64,000 nucleotides of DNA from Gemmatimonadales bacterium (GCA_041613315.1 JBFJHJ010000002.1:1-64000); one strand, 5' to 3'. Positions 27,096-38,256 are shown, counted from the first letter of the stretch. Program-made: numbers and translations. Notes: generated by a model from the sequence alone, not told the origin.

Positions 27096-28226
27096 ATGAC
27101 CGCACCGCAGGAACTCGACCGCGCCACCTCCGAGACCTGGCGCCATCATCTCCAGGACGAGGCGGATGCCGCGTTTCTGTACTGGGCGCTGGCCGAGGCG
27201 GAGACGACTCCCAAGCGCCGCGACCTGTACCGGCGGCTCGCCGCGGTGGAAGACCGCCACACCGGGCTCTGGCGCACGCTCCTCGCGGAACACGGGCAAC
27301 ACACATCGGTCCCGACCCCGTCACTCCGAGCGCGGCTCATGGCCCGGCTCGCGCGGTGGTTCGGTCCGTCGTGGTTGTTGCCGGTGCTCCTACGGGAGGA
27401 GGTCAACGAGGTGAAGGGGTACCTCGCGCTCTACCACGAGACCGAAGCGGGCGCCGCGCAGGACACGGCGCTCACGCTGGCCCGGGAGTCCGCCCAACAC
27501 GCCGACGCCCTGGGGTCGCTCACCGGACGCGAGGGTGAGCCGTGGCACCGGACCGCTTCGGGAGGGTTCCTCCGCAACGTGGTCTACGGATTCAACGACG
27601 GACTCACCGCCAACTTCGGGTTGGTCGCCGGCGTCATCGGCGCGTCCGTGGATCCCAACGTCGTCCTGGTCACGGGGATCGCGGGAACGATCGCGGACGC
27701 CCTGTCCATGGGAGCCTCGGGCTACCTCGCCGCCAAGAGCGAGCGGGAGGTCTACGCCCACGAAATCGCGATGGAGCGGCAGGAGATCGCGATGATGCCC
27801 GAGGTCGAGGAGGAGGAGCTGGCGCTGCTCTACGAAGCCAAGGGGATCGAACCGGAGCGGGCGAGAGACATGGCCGGCGACGTGATGCGGGACCCCGACC
27901 GCGCCCTGGAGGAGAAGGTGCGGGAAGAACTGAGGATCGGGGAGGCCCACACGACGCCCCTTCGGGAGGGATGGGTCACGGGCACGGCAACGGCGATCGG
28001 CGCGCTGATTCCCGTCGCTCCGTTCTTCGTGCTCGACGGGGCGGCGGCGGCGTGGACGTCGTTCGCCGTGGCCATGCTGTCGCACTTCGCCGTTGGAGCG
28101 GCGCGCAGCGTCTTCACCGGCCGGAGCCTGTTCCGCAGCGGCGCGGACATGTTCGCCGTGGGCCTGGGGGTGGCGGGGGTGGCATACGTCGTCGGAGACG
28201 TGGTATCCCGGCTCCTCGCGTCGTGA
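27096..28226 (+). CDS. Ferritin/rubrerythrin-like domain + VIT1/CCC1 transporter (MbfA-like metal exporter)
   Basis: N-terminal E..LY, VEDRH, ESAQH; VVYGFNDGLTANFGLVAGV, ALSMGASGYLAAKSE. Alternative ATG at 27090. Confidence 0.9.
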   Translation: MTAPQELDRATSETWRHHLQDEADAAFLYWALAEAETTPKRRDLYRRLAAVEDRHTGLWRTLLAEHGQHTSVPTPSLRARLMARLARWFGPSWLLPVLLREEVNEVKGYLALYHETEAGAAQDTALTLARESAQHADALGSLTGREGEPWHRTASGGFLRNVVYGFNDGLTANFGLVAGVIGASVDPNVVLVTGIAGTIADALSMGASGYLAAKSEREVYAHEIAMERQEIAMMPEVEEEELALLYEAKGIEPERARDMAGDVMRDPDRALEEKVREELRIGEAHTTPLREGWVTGTATAIGALIPVAPFFVLDGAAAAWTSFAVAMLSHFAVGAARSVFTGRSLFRSGADMFAVGLGVAGVAYVVGDVVSRLLAS

Positions 28227-28233
28227 GCGGGAC

Positions 28234-30723
28234 TCACACCACGAGATTCACCAGACGGTCCGGCACGTAGATCGCCTGCTTCACATCTTCGCCATTCACG
28301 AATCGGCGAACGCCGTCGTCCGCGAGCGCGCGGCGCACGGCCTCGGATTCGCTCAACCCGGGCGAGACCTTGAGGCGGCCCCGGACCTTGCCGTTCACCT
28401 GGACGACCAGCTCGATCTCCTCCTCCCGGGCGAGTCCCGCATCGAACGCCGGCCAGGCCGCATTGAACACGCTCGACCTGCCCCCCAAGCGCTCCCAGCA
28501 CTCCTCGGCGAAGTGCGGAGCGAACGGCGCGAGCATGATCGCCAAGGGGTGCAGGAGCTCAGCCGGCACCCCCTCCCCCCCATCCGTCTCAGCGGCATCC
28601 TCAGCGGCATCGCCCCGTCCCCGCAGTACGTTCACGTACTCCATCAGTTTGGCGATGGCCGTGTTGTACCGCAGTTCTTCCATGTCCTCCGTCACGCCGC
28701 GGATCGTCTGGTGCAGCTTGCGCATGGCGGTCCCGTGCTCCGCTCCGGCTGTGCCCCGCACCGCGGTCCGCACCAGGCTCCACACCTTGTCGAGGAACCG
28801 CCGCTGGCCGGCGATGCCCTGATCCCGAAAGTCCCCGCCCTCCTGATAGGGCCCCAGGAACATCAGGTACATGCGGAAGGTGTCCGCGCCCCACTTCGCG
28901 AGGTACTCGTCGGGCACCACCACGTTGCCGCGCGATTTGGACATCTTCGCGCCGTCCTTCACGATGGTTCCATGGGCCCGGAAGCGCGTGAACGGCTCGG
29001 CGAAGCCCAGGTGGCCCAAGTCGTGGAGGACCATGATGATGAACCGCGCGTACATCAGGTGAAGCACCGCGTGCTCGTTGCCGCCGATGTAGCACTTGAC
29101 CGGGAGCCACCGGGACGTGAGCGCGGCGTCGAACGGCCGGTCATCGAACTCGGTGGAGGGGTAGCGGAGGAAGTACCACGACGAGTCGAGGAACGTATCC
29201 GAGACGTCGGTCTCGCGACGCGCCGGCGCGCCGCATGCCGGACACGGCACGCGGTACCACTCCTCGTGTCGGGCGAGGGGCGAGACGCCGGTCTCGTCCG
29301 GGCGAAAGTCGTCGATGGGCGGAAGCAGCACGGGCAAGTCGGCGGTGGGCACGGGCACGGTGCCGCAGGCGTCACAGTAGATGATGGGAATCGGCGGCCC
29401 CCAGTACCGCTGGCGCGAGATGCACCAGTCGTGGAGGCGGTACTGGACCGTGGCCGTGCCCGCTCCCGTGCGCGCCAGCCACGCCGTGATCTCTCGTGCC
29501 GCATCGGCGCACGGCATCCCATCGAACGCGCCGCTGTTGACCATCACGCCGTCCCACCCGGTGTACGGGATCGACGAACCGCGCGCCGGGTCCGACGTTG
29601 CCGCGCTCGCGTTCGGCTGGATGACTTGTCTGACGGGGAGGTCGAAGGTCGTCGCGAACTCGTAATCCCGCTCGTCGTGGGCCGGGACGGCCATGATCGC
29701 CCCGGTCCCGTATTCCATCAGGACGTAATCGGCGATCCACACCGGGATCGACTCGCCGGTCGCCGGGTTTCGGGCGTAGGACCCCGTGAACACGCCGGTT
29801 TTTTCCCGGTCGCCAACGCGACGGGTCACGATATCCTGCGCGGCCGCCTGGCGGCGGTACTCGCGCACGGCGTGCTGCTGCTCCCGCGTCGTGAGTTTCT
29901 CCACCAGGGGATGCTCCGGAGCGAGCACCATGTACGTCGCCCCGAATACCGTGTCCGGCCGGGTCGTGAACACGCGGATCGTGTCGCCCGTGGGCATGGC
30001 GAACGCGAGCTCGGCCCCCTCCGACCGGCCGATCCAGTTGGTCTGCATGAGTCGCGTGGACTCGGACCAATCGAGCGTCTCCAGATTCTCGAGCAGCCGT
30101 TCCGCGTAGTCGGTGATCTTGAAGAACCATTGCTCGAGCAGTCGCTGATGCACGCGCACCTGTGGGTGACGCTCGCAGAAACCGTCGATCACCTGCTCGT
30201 TGGCGAGCACCGTCTTGCACTCCGGACACCAGTTGACCGGCGCCTTCTTCTTGACGGCGAGTCCCGCTTTGAACAGCTGCAGGAAGATCCACTGCGTCCA
30301 CGTGTAGTACCGCGGATCGGTGGTGGACAGCTCGTGGTCCCAGTCGACCATCAACCCGACGCGCTTCAGTTGCTCGCGGAACCGCGCGATGTTCGCAGGG
30401 ATGAGCTTTCCCGGGTGCGTGTTGACCTTGAGCGCGTAGTTCTCGGAGTGGATGCCGAACGCGTCGAACCCGATGGGCTCGAACACGCCCCACCCCTGGA
30501 GGCGCCGGAACCGTCCGTGGATGTCGCTGCCCACGAAGGCGAAGACGTTCCCCACATGGAGCCCCTCGGCGGAGGGATAGGGAAACATCATCAAGTTGAA
30601 GTACGGCCGTTCGGCGGCGCGGAGGTCCACCGCGTTCGTGCGGCGCTCCTCCCATCGCTGGCGCCACCGGGCCTCGATCAGCTCAGGGGCGTATGGTTCC
30701 ACTCCGGTCCGCGGATCGCTCAT
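28234..30723 (-). CDS. leuS: Leucine--tRNA ligase
   Basis: MFPYPS..LHVGN, TVLANEQV, FTTRPDT, GTGAIMAVPAHDERD, DWCISRQRYWG, KMSKS, VQVNGKVR. Confidence 0.98.
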   Translation of the reverse strand: MSDPRTGVEPYAPELIEARWRQRWEERRTNAVDLRAAERPYFNLMMFPYPSAEGLHVGNVFAFVGSDIHGRFRRLQGWGVFEPIGFDAFGIHSENYALKVNTHPGKLIPANIARFREQLKRVGLMVDWDHELSTTDPRYYTWTQWIFLQLFKAGLAVKKKAPVNWCPECKTVLANEQVIDGFCERHPQVRVHQRLLEQWFFKITDYAERLLENLETLDWSESTRLMQTNWIGRSEGAELAFAMPTGDTIRVFTTRPDTVFGATYMVLAPEHPLVEKLTTREQQHAVREYRRQAAAQDIVTRRVGDREKTGVFTGSYARNPATGESIPVWIADYVLMEYGTGAIMAVPAHDERDYEFATTFDLPVRQVIQPNASAATSDPARGSSIPYTGWDGVMVNSGAFDGMPCADAAREITAWLARTGAGTATVQYRLHDWCISRQRYWGPPIPIIYCDACGTVPVPTADLPVLLPPIDDFRPDETGVSPLARHEEWYRVPCPACGAPARRETDVSDTFLDSSWYFLRYPSTEFDDRPFDAALTSRWLPVKCYIGGNEHAVLHLMYARFIIMVLHDLGHLGFAEPFTRFRAHGTIVKDGAKMSKSRGNVVVPDEYLAKWGADTFRMYLMFLGPYQEGGDFRDQGIAGQRRFLDKVWSLVRTAVRGTAGAEHGTAMRKLHQTIRGVTEDMEELRYNTAIAKLMEYVNVLRGRGDAAEDAAETDGGEGVPAELLHPLAIMLAPFAPHFAEECWERLGGRSSVFNAAWPAFDAGLAREEEIELVVQVNGKVRGRLKVSPGLSESEAVRRALADDGVRRFVNGEDVKQAIYVPDRLVNLVV

Positions 30724-30787
30724 GGTACGCGTAATCTAAGGCGCCTTGCTCCCCCTGGAAGCCTGCCGTAGCTTTTGCGCTACTCAT

Positions 30788-32914
30788 ATGGCAAGAGAGA
30801 TTGGCGATCTCCGCCGGCGTGTGCTGCTCGTCGGGACGCCCATTGCGGTCCTCGCGGTCGCCCTCACCGCGTACCTGGCCGACCAGGCCGCTCAGCGACA
30901 GTTCCAGCGGGCACAGGCCGCCGGCCTCGAGTCCGTGGCCGGGCGGGCGGCCGGCATGGTCAATGAGTACGTACGGGCGCGCATCGGGGACCTCCGCCTC
31001 ATTGCCCTCACGCCGGGGATCGTGGAGGCCGCCGCGGCCAGCGGCCGTCAGGCCGACCAACAAGGGCTCGGCCGGCTCGCGGTGCCGGAGCTCGAGCAGC
31101 GCTACGCCGCGACCAAGCGTCTCATCAACGACCCCGCCCTCGTGAACTACCTGGTCCGGGTCCGGGAGGCCACCGACTTCGCCGAAATTTTCTTCACCGA
31201 GCGGAACGGCCTCACCGTCACCGGCACCAACCCCACCTCCGACTTCGTCCAATCGGACGAGGAGTGGTGGCAACGGGGCTTCCTCGACGGCGAGTTCCAG
31301 GGCGAAGCGACGTTCGACGAGTCCGCCGGCACAGCGGCGTTCGAAGTGTCGGTGCAGCTCGCCGATCCCCGGACGGGCGATCCGCTGGGGGTGATCAAAG
31401 GCGTCGTCCAGCTCTCGCGCCTCGCCCGGATCATGGCCCTGTCGGACCGGCAGGCGGGGATGGGCATCGAGGTCGTCGACTCCACCGTGCGGGTCATCGT
31501 GTCGCGCGACGAGGGACGTCTCCTCTCGATCCTCCCCGAGCGGGGGGCGGTGCCCCGGAGCGCCGCGACGGAGTTCACGATCCTCCGGCCGGGCACCGAC
31601 GACGCCGAGCTCCTGGCCAGCGCCCCGGCGAACGGGGGCCGCTGGTGGGTGCTCGTGCGGGAGCGCCTCGACACGGCGTACGCCGCGGCCGGAACCATCC
31701 GGACGACGGTGTGGGTCGCGGCCGCCGCGGTGCTGGTGATCGTGCTGGCCGCGATCTTCTGGGTCACCGACTGGCTGAACCGACAGGTCACCCAGCCGGT
31801 GCGGTCGGCCGGCCACGTGGCGCGTCGCATTGCCGACGGCGATCTCTCGGTGAGCGTGGCCGAGGAGGGCGGCGGATCGGACGAGGTCACCCAGCTCTTG
31901 GGCTCGGTCCAGACGATGGTCTCGGCGCTGCGGAGCCTCGTGGGCCGCATCCGCACGGCCTCCGAAGAATCCGCCGCGATGGCCGAGGAGATCTCGGCCA
32001 GCACGCAGCAGATGTCCGCATCCACCCAGGAGATGGCGAACACCTGTCAGAACCTGAGCGGACATGCGACGGATCAAGCGGCGATGGTCCGCGCAGCCGC
32101 GAGCGACGCCGGGCGCATCCTCGATATCGCCACCCACCTGGCCGATGGCGCGAAAGTGGCGGCCCAGCGAAACGCCGCCCTCAAGGACGTGGCGGAGAGC
32201 CACCGGCATCGCCTGATGGAGGGGAGCGCGCAACTCGGTACGCTGGCGAACGACCTGGAGCGGGGCGCCGCCGACGCCGAGCGGCTCGCTGGCCTCTCCG
32301 AGGAGATCCAGAAGTTCGTGACCCAGGCGCGGACGATCGCGAGTCAGACGAACATGCTCGCGCTGAACGCCGCGATCGAAGCCTCCCGGGGCGGCGGCGG
32401 CGGCGAGGGCCGGGGATTCGCGGTCGTGGCGGACGAGGTTCGCAAGCTCGCGAACCAGGCGGCGCGCGCGGCGGCTACGACCTCGCAAACGGTCACCGCG
32501 GTGCTGGAGACGGTCCAGGACATCCGGACCCGTTTGGCCCGGCTCGCCGAGGCGAGCGCCTCCGTCCGAGAGATCGCCGAGGCGGCGGCGGGCGCGCTCA
32601 AGGAAGTGGCGGGAGGGGCGGCGGAAACGAGCGCCTGGACCGGGGAGATCTCCGGCGCCGCCGGGAACGTCCGGGGCCTCGTGCAGGAGATCAGCGAGCG
32701 ACTGGAGACGATCGCCCAGGGGACGGAATCGGTCGTCTCGGCCGCCGAAGAGATCGCCGCGTCCGCCCAGCAGCAAAGCGCCTCCACCGAGGAGATCGCG
32801 GGGTCCGCGGCACGGCTCGCCGAGGCCGCAGAGGGGCTCACAGCGGCCGTGAGCTCGTTCCGGCTGGCCGGGTCGCGCCCGCGTCCCGGCCCCTCGCGCT
32901 CGGCTGCCGCCTAA
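30788..32914 (+). CDS. Methyl-accepting chemotaxis protein (TM-Cache-like-TM-HAMP-MA)
   Basis: [12 protein letters not shown] sensor motif, HAMP (IADGDLS..DEVTQL), [31 protein letters not shown]. Confidence 0.95.
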   Translation: MAREIGDLRRRVLLVGTPIAVLAVALTAYLADQAAQRQFQRAQAAGLESVAGRAAGMVNEYVRARIGDLRLIALTPGIVEAAAASGRQADQQGLGRLAVPELEQRYAATKRLINDPALVNYLVRVREATDFAEIFFTERNGLTVTGTNPTSDFVQSDEEWWQRGFLDGEFQGEATFDESAGTAAFEVSVQLADPRTGDPLGVIKGVVQLSRLARIMALSDRQAGMGIEVVDSTVRVIVSRDEGRLLSILPERGAVPRSAATEFTILRPGTDDAELLASAPANGGRWWVLVRERLDTAYAAAGTIRTTVWVAAAAVLVIVLAAIFWVTDWLNRQVTQPVRSAGHVARRIADGDLSVSVAEEGGGSDEVTQLLGSVQTMVSALRSLVGRIRTASEESAAMAEEISASTQQMSASTQEMANTCQNLSGHATDQAAMVRAAASDAGRILDIATHLADGAKVAAQRNAALKDVAESHRHRLMEGSAQLGTLANDLERGAADAERLAGLSEEIQKFVTQARTIASQTNMLALNAAIEASRGGGGGEGRGFAVVADEVRKLANQAARAAATTSQTVTAVLETVQDIRTRLARLAEASASVREIAEAAAGALKEVAGGAAETSAWTGEISGAAGNVRGLVQEISERLETIAQGTESVVSAAEEIAASAQQQSASTEEIAGSAARLAEAAEGLTAAVSSFRLAGSRPRPGPSRSAAA

Positions 32915-34509
32915 CGCTCGCCGTTCAGCGTCGCGAACCGCACTTCCACGACGTCAGGCAGTCGAGCGAGCGCGTCCAGCACGCGGGGACCCGGTATCTG
33001 GTCCACGACGATCGCCGCCAGCGCATCGGAGCCGGCCCGCTCCAGCCGCGACTGGTGATACGACGCGATGTTGATGGCCGCTTCCCCAAGGAGCGTCCCG
33101 ACCCGGCCGATGACGCCAGGCACGTCGCGGTTGCGCAGCACCACGACATAGCCGTCGGCCGGGATGTCCACGGCGAAGTCGTCGATCCGGATGATGCGGC
33201 CGGAGCGGTCCCCGATCACGGCCCCCACGACACTCACGTGCCGCCCGGCGAGCTCGAGCGTCACCCCGACGGTCGTCTCGAACCCCGCCACCGCATGGCC
33301 GGCCCGCCGACCGATCGTGAGTCCCCGCTCCTCCGCGAGCACGGCGGCGTTCACCAGGCTCACCGGACCCACGCCCATCCCGGCGAGCGCGCCCTCGACC
33401 GCCGCCAGCATGACGGGGCGTGGAGCCGCTTCGTCCGACCCGCCGTAGGACACCTCCACTCCCCGCACGCGTCCCTGCGCAATGCCGGCGGCCAAGCGGC
33501 CGACGCGGCGCGCCAGCTCCAACACCCCCGCCAACCGGGCCAACACCTCGCTCGAGAGCCCTGGGAGGTTCACGGCGTCACCCACCACACCGCTCACCAG
33601 CGCGTCCCGCACCGCCGCGCAGATTTCCTGCGCCACCCGCTCCTGCGCTTCCGAGGTTGAAGCCGCCAGATGCGGCGTGAGCAGGACCCGGCCGCAGCGC
33701 CGCAGCGGCGACTTTGCGGGGAGGGGCTCCGGATCGAACACGTCGAGCGCCGCGCCCGCGAGCCGCCCGCTCTCCAGCGCTTCGAGCAGTGCGTCGTTGT
33801 CGACGAGGCCGCCCCGGGCGGTGTTCACCACGACCGCGCCGGGCTTGAGGAGCGCCAACCGCTCTCGGTTGAGGAGATGATACGTTTCGTCGCTGAGCGG
33901 AAGGTGCAGGCTGACGACGTCGGCGCGGGTCAGCATCTCCTCGAGCGAGCGCAGCTCGACCCGCAGCGCCCGGGCGCGCGCCTCCGGCAGGTAGGGATCA
34001 TGGGCGATCACCTGCATGCCGAACGCCCGCGCCACTCCCGCGACGTGCGCGCCGATCCGCCCGAGCCCCACGAGTCCCAGGATCTTGCCGCGCAGCTCCG
34101 AGCCGGCGAAGCGCCGCCGGTCCCACTCGCCCGCTCGCATGCTCGCCACCGCCAGCGGGATCTTCCGGAGCAGCGCCAGCAGCAGCGCGAAAGTGTGCTC
34201 CGCTGCGCTCACCGTGTTGGCTCCCGGGGCGTTGAGCACGGCGACGCCTCGCCGCGTAGCGGCCCGGAGATCCACGTTGTCCACGCCCGTACCGGCCCGA
34301 CCGATCACGCGCAACTCCGGCGCATCGGCGATCATCGCCTCGGTCACCAGGGTGTCCGAGCGCACGATCAACGCGTGGGCGCGCCGGAGCGCTTCGGGCA
34401 ACCGCCCGGCATCGGCGGCGGTGCACACGACCTCGAGCGCCGGGTCCGTCCGCAGCAGCTCGAGCCCCGCGTCGGCGATCTGGTCCGCGACCACGACGAC
34501 GTAGCTCAC
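32911..34509 (-). CDS. serA: D-3-phosphoglycerate dehydrogenase with ACT domain
   Basis: [53 protein letters not shown]. Confidence 0.95.
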   Translation of the reverse strand: MSYVVVVADQIADAGLELLRTDPALEVVCTAADAGRLPEALRRAHALIVRSDTLVTEAMIADAPELRVIGRAGTGVDNVDLRAATRRGVAVLNAPGANTVSAAEHTFALLLALLRKIPLAVASMRAGEWDRRRFAGSELRGKILGLVGLGRIGAHVAGVARAFGMQVIAHDPYLPEARARALRVELRSLEEMLTRADVVSLHLPLSDETYHLLNRERLALLKPGAVVVNTARGGLVDNDALLEALESGRLAGAALDVFDPEPLPAKSPLRRCGRVLLTPHLAASTSEAQERVAQEICAAVRDALVSGVVGDAVNLPGLSSEVLARLAGVLELARRVGRLAAGIAQGRVRGVEVSYGGSDEAAPRPVMLAAVEGALAGMGVGPVSLVNAAVLAEERGLTIGRRAGHAVAGFETTVGVTLELAGRHVSVVGAVIGDRSGRIIRIDDFAVDIPADGYVVVLRNRDVPGVIGRVGTLLGEAAINIASYHQSRLERAGSDALAAIVVDQIPGPRVLDALARLPDVVEVRFATLNGER

Positions 34510-35597
34510 GCCATCACCTCCTCCAGCACCCCAAGGAACTCCCGCACGCCGTCCGGCGTGTGATCGCCCATGTGCCCGATGCGGACCGTCGACTCCTTCA
34601 GGGCTCCGTAGCCCGAGCCGATGGTCCAGCCCCGCGCCGCCACCGCCTGCGCCAGTTGGCGGCCGTTGCTGCCGGTCGGCACGTGCAGGCACGAGACGGT
34701 GGCGGAGCGCCGGCCGGGCGACGGCAGAAACGCGAACCCGCGCGTCTTGCCCCGGTCTTGCGTCCATTCCTCCACGGCGGCTTGCATCGCCGCGTGGCGC
34801 TCCCAGCGGGCTTCGACGCCGCCTTCCGCGTCGATCCGCGCCAGCTGCCGCTCGAGCGCATAGAGCAACGAGAGAGCTGGCGTATTGGTGGGCTGGTGGC
34901 TCTCCGCCGCCTGGGCGAAGGCCAGGAGATCGAGGTACGCGCCGCGTTCCGGCACCGTCTTCGCACGCGCCAGCATCCGCTCGGACGCGACCCCAAGGGC
35001 GAGACCGGGCGGGAGGGCCAGCGCCTTCTGGGATCCGGTGAACACAAAGTCGAGGTGCCACCCGTCAGACTCGACCGGGGAGCCGGCGAGCGAGGTGACG
35101 GCGTCGACGAGCAGCAGGACATCGGGGAAATCCTGGACCACGGCCGCCAGCTCGGCGAGCGGGGCGAGGGCGCCCGTCGAGGTCTCGGAGTGCACGAGGG
35201 TCACGGCGTCCACGTCCGATCGTTTGAGGGCGTCGCGCAACATGTCCGGCTCCACCGTGCACCCCGGGGCCACGTCGAGCCGGATCACGTCGCGCCCCGT
35301 GGCCGCCACGATGCCGGCGAACCGCTCGCCGAACGCCCCGCTTACCAGACACAGCGCGCGGTGCCGCACCCCGCAACGCACGGCCAGCTCCATGAAGCCG
35401 GTCGCGGCGCACGTGCCGATGAGGACGCGCCGCTCCGTGCGAAACAGCCCCTTGAGCGGCTCATCCATCCCGGCCAGAAGTTGGACCATGGCCTCGCCCC
35501 GATGCGCGATCATGGGACGGCACATGGCCTGGAGAATGTCGGGGTGTACCTCCGTGGGGCCCGGCAGCAGGAACCGCCCGAACGCGGGCGCCGTCAC
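34506..35597 (-). CDS. Class V PLP aminotransferase (serine-pyruvate/alanine-glyoxylate type)
   Basis: LPGPTEV, HSETSTG, VDAVTS, GSQKALALPPG, RIGHMG. Confidence 0.92.
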   Translation of the reverse strand: MTAPAFGRFLLPGPTEVHPDILQAMCRPMIAHRGEAMVQLLAGMDEPLKGLFRTERRVLIGTCAATGFMELAVRCGVRHRALCLVSGAFGERFAGIVAATGRDVIRLDVAPGCTVEPDMLRDALKRSDVDAVTLVHSETSTGALAPLAELAAVVQDFPDVLLLVDAVTSLAGSPVESDGWHLDFVFTGSQKALALPPGLALGVASERMLARAKTVPERGAYLDLLAFAQAAESHQPTNTPALSLLYALERQLARIDAEGGVEARWERHAAMQAAVEEWTQDRGKTRGFAFLPSPGRRSATVSCLHVPTGSNGRQLAQAVAARGWTIGSGYGALKESTVRIGHMGDHTPDGVREFLGVLEEVMA

Positions 35598-36265
35598 GCG
35601 GTCCGGGGCTCTACGGCGGCGGCTCCTTTCGGGGTCATCGCCAACGCGTCGGCCGTCGTGATGATCGTGACGCCCCGCCGCGTCCAGTCGGCGAGCAGCC
35701 GGTCGCGCTGCTCCGCCACGATGGGCTTGGTGGCATCCGTCACGAGGAACAGCCGCGTCTCGGGACGACGCGCCAGGAGTCCCTCGATGGCGTAGCGGTT
35801 GCAGACATCCAAGGCGACGCCGTAGACCACGATCACTTCGGGATCCAGCGCCGCCACGACGGGTTCCACGTTGGGGTTGGTAAACACGTCGAAGCGGTGC
35901 TTGTGGAAGAGGAGGTCGCCCTCGTGCGCGCGGACGCGTCGTCGCAGCGTCGCGGGATCCTGCGGATCGGGCTCGATGACAAGCGGATCGCGGAGCGCTG
36001 TCTCGGGAATCTTCCGCTGTCCGGGCGTGCCGCGGAGGCAGTGGGGTGGGAACGTCTCCGCGAAGTCGGGCGTGTCGGAGATCTCGGGGTGCCCGGGCAC
36101 GTGATCGTCCGCGCTCGCGATCACCCGGATCCCCTGTGCGTGCGCGTGCGCGGTGAGCCGGCGCAGGTTGGGGATGATGTGTTCGGCCTCCGGCACGTAG
36201 AGCTTGCCGTCGGCGTGCATGAAATCGTACTGCGTATCGACGTCCCAGAAGATCAGGCCCGACAT
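35594..36265 (-). CDS. pncA: Nicotinamidase/isochorismatase-family cysteine hydrolase
   Basis: DVDTQYDF..G.LYV, D.H, FPPHC..GT.G, catalytic K and GVALDVC; adjacent to NAPRTase. Confidence 0.85.
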   Translation of the reverse strand: MSGLIFWDVDTQYDFMHADGKLYVPEAEHIIPNLRRLTAHAHAQGIRVIASADDHVPGHPEISDTPDFAETFPPHCLRGTPGQRKIPETALRDPLVIEPDPQDPATLRRRVRAHEGDLLFHKHRFDVFTNPNVEPVVAALDPEVIVVYGVALDVCNRYAIEGLLARRPETRLFLVTDATKPIVAEQRDRLLADWTRRGVTIITTADALAMTPKGAAAVEPRTA

Positions 36266-36347
36266 GGCGGCCCTCCCGCGTGCGTCTCGAGGTCTGCATG
36301 GCGCACCGTGAAACATAACGTGCCGGTAGCAGGATGCATCGCCGTCC

Positions 36348-37412
36348 CTAGACGACCGGTTCCAACCGCGGATTCGGCCGGTACGCCCGCCCGACCTTCG
36401 CGCAGGGCTTCCCGTCCGCCATCACGACATCGGCGGTGAAGTCGTAGCGCCCATGCTCGCGGAACAGCGACGAGCCGACGCCGTAGGCATCCACGGGTAC
36501 CCCGTGCTCCTCGAACTGCCGGATCTTCTCGACGGTGAACCCGCCGGACACGATGATCTTGACGTAGCGGAACCCCTCGGCATCCAGCGCCCGCCGGACG
36601 TTCCCGACGAGCTGGGGGTTCACGCCACGGGGGTCGAATGTGCCCATCTGGGGAATGACCGACCGGTCCACCAGCGAGGCCGACGTGTCGAGGCGCACCC
36701 CGTAGAGCCGCTCCCCCAGAGCGCGGGCCACGGCCAGGGAGGTACCCACGCAGTCATTGTCGAAGTCCACGAGGCTGACGATCTGTACGTGCGCGGGCAT
36801 GTACTCGGCGAACTTGCGCGTCGCCTTCACGGTATCGCCGTCATAGGCGGCGATGATCGCGTGGGGCACGGTCCCCACGCCTTCGCTGCCCCACCACGAC
36901 GCCTGCGCGTCGGTGGAGACACCGATGGCGCCGGCGATGTGCGCCGCATAACCGTCGCCGGTCTGGACCAGCCAGTGATCGTGCCGCGCCGGGAAGAACA
37001 TGACGTCCTTCGGCTTGGCGGCCTCCACGACGAGTCGCGTATTCGTGCCGACCCGCGTCCGGCGCGCGAGCACGCCGAGATACAGCGTCTCGAGGTGCGC
37101 GAACGCATCGTAGGGGCCCTGGATGGTCATCGCGGTCTCCCACGGTGCGACTTCGTCCCCGTCGTAGAGGGCGTGTACGGTGAGGTGCTGCCACTCCACG
37201 GCGCACAGCTTGAGGATCGCGATGGCTTCGTCGACCCCACCCAGGTAGGCGCGCGACTTGCAGAACACCTGCATCAACACGCGGGGGTGGTGACGGTCGG
37301 CGAGGAGCACTTCACGCGCCCGGGCGAAGTACTTGTCGCTGTAGTAGCCGGTGCGCATTTTCTCGACGGGCAGGTGGAAGATGGACGGGTCGAGCCGCGG
37401 TCGCCTGGGCAT
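36348..37412 (-). CDS. Nicotinate phosphoribosyltransferase (QPRTase-like subfamily)
   Basis: GYYSDKYF, LET.YLG.LAR, FPARHDH, GTVPHA, GVRLDTS, SGGF, YGVGS, FTADVV..KVGR. Confidence 0.85.
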   Translation of the reverse strand: MPRRPRLDPSIFHLPVEKMRTGYYSDKYFARAREVLLADRHHPRVLMQVFCKSRAYLGGVDEAIAILKLCAVEWQHLTVHALYDGDEVAPWETAMTIQGPYDAFAHLETLYLGVLARRTRVGTNTRLVVEAAKPKDVMFFPARHDHWLVQTGDGYAAHIAGAIGVSTDAQASWWGSEGVGTVPHAIIAAYDGDTVKATRKFAEYMPAHVQIVSLVDFDNDCVGTSLAVARALGERLYGVRLDTSASLVDRSVIPQMGTFDPRGVNPQLVGNVRRALDAEGFRYVKIIVSGGFTVEKIRQFEEHGVPVDAYGVGSSLFREHGRYDFTADVVMADGKPCAKVGRAYRPNPRLEPVV

Positions 37413-37414
37413 GG

Positions 37415-38125
37415 TCAAGCGGTGTCCTCGGTCATCGTGTAGTCGAGGCGGCGCCGCCGGAGCCAGCGCACGCCGAGGGCATCCCGAAACCCCCGCAGCG
37501 CGCGGTTCCAAGCGCCGTACTTGCTCCGGCCGCGTCGCCGCGGCCGGTGCGTCACCGGCACCTCCACCACACGACCACCACCCAACCGGATGAGCGTGGG
37601 GAGAAACCGGTGCATGCCGTCGAACCGCGGCAGCGCCGCGGCCGTCCCGCGGCGGATCGCCTTGAGGCCGCACCCGGTGTCGCGCACCCGGTCGCCGGTG
37701 AGCCGGTTGCGCACGGCGTTCGCCACCCGGCTCTGCGCCCGCTTCCACCACGAGTCCGCGCGCCCCACGCGATACCCCACCGCCGCGGCGAGCCGCTGGT
37801 CGTCGGCCAGCGGGGCGAGCACCGCCGGAAGATCGGCGGGATCGTTCTGTCCGTCCGCGTCCAGCATCACGATCGGGTCGCCCCGCGAGGCCTCCATGCC
37901 CGCCGCGAGGGCGGCGCTCTGCCCCGAGTGCCGGCTCAACCGTACGATCCGAAGCGTCGGGTAGCGTTGCCGCAAGCGCCGCAACTCCTCCAGCGAGCCG
38001 TCGGTCGACGCGTCGTCTACCGCCACCATTTCGTGCGCCCGACCACCCACGGCCCGCGCCAGCTCGGCCAGGAGGGGGGCCAGGTTGTCACGTTCATTAT
38101 AGACAGGTAGGACGACCGACAGCAC
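37415..38125 (-). CDS. GT2 glycosyltransferase (polyprenol-phosphate sugar synthase-like)
   Basis: SVVLPVYNE, VDDASTDGS, GQSAAL, DADGQNDP, DTGCGLK, GMHRFLP. Confidence 0.92.
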   Translation of the reverse strand: MLSVVLPVYNERDNLAPLLAELARAVGGRAHEMVAVDDASTDGSLEELRRLRQRYPTLRIVRLSRHSGQSAALAAGMEASRGDPIVMLDADGQNDPADLPAVLAPLADDQRLAAAVGYRVGRADSWWKRAQSRVANAVRNRLTGDRVRDTGCGLKAIRRGTAAALPRFDGMHRFLPTLIRLGGGRVVEVPVTHRPRRRGRSKYGAWNRALRGFRDALGVRWLRRRRLDYTMTEDTA

Positions 38126-38256
38126 GGGGACGGCACTCCACGGTCCGGCGCGCGGGAACCTACGGCGCGCCGCGGGTGGAAGCAAGTTGACAGCCGGTCG
38201 GCTGCTGCGGTTTATTGGGGCGCCCCGCTCTCGTCCGCTCAGCCGGGAGGTTTCCC

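Noticed and set aside
30550..30570. LeuRS HIGH motif reads HVGN
   Set aside because: HxGN variants occur among class I synthetases and all other LeuRS motifs are intact.
28093..30771. Long antisense or alternative-frame ORFs (28093..30771, 30683..32776, 50633..52768, 22557..24311 and similar)
   Set aside because: They are shadows of leuS, the MCP, gyrA and the kinase caused by high-GC codon bias, and show no family motifs.
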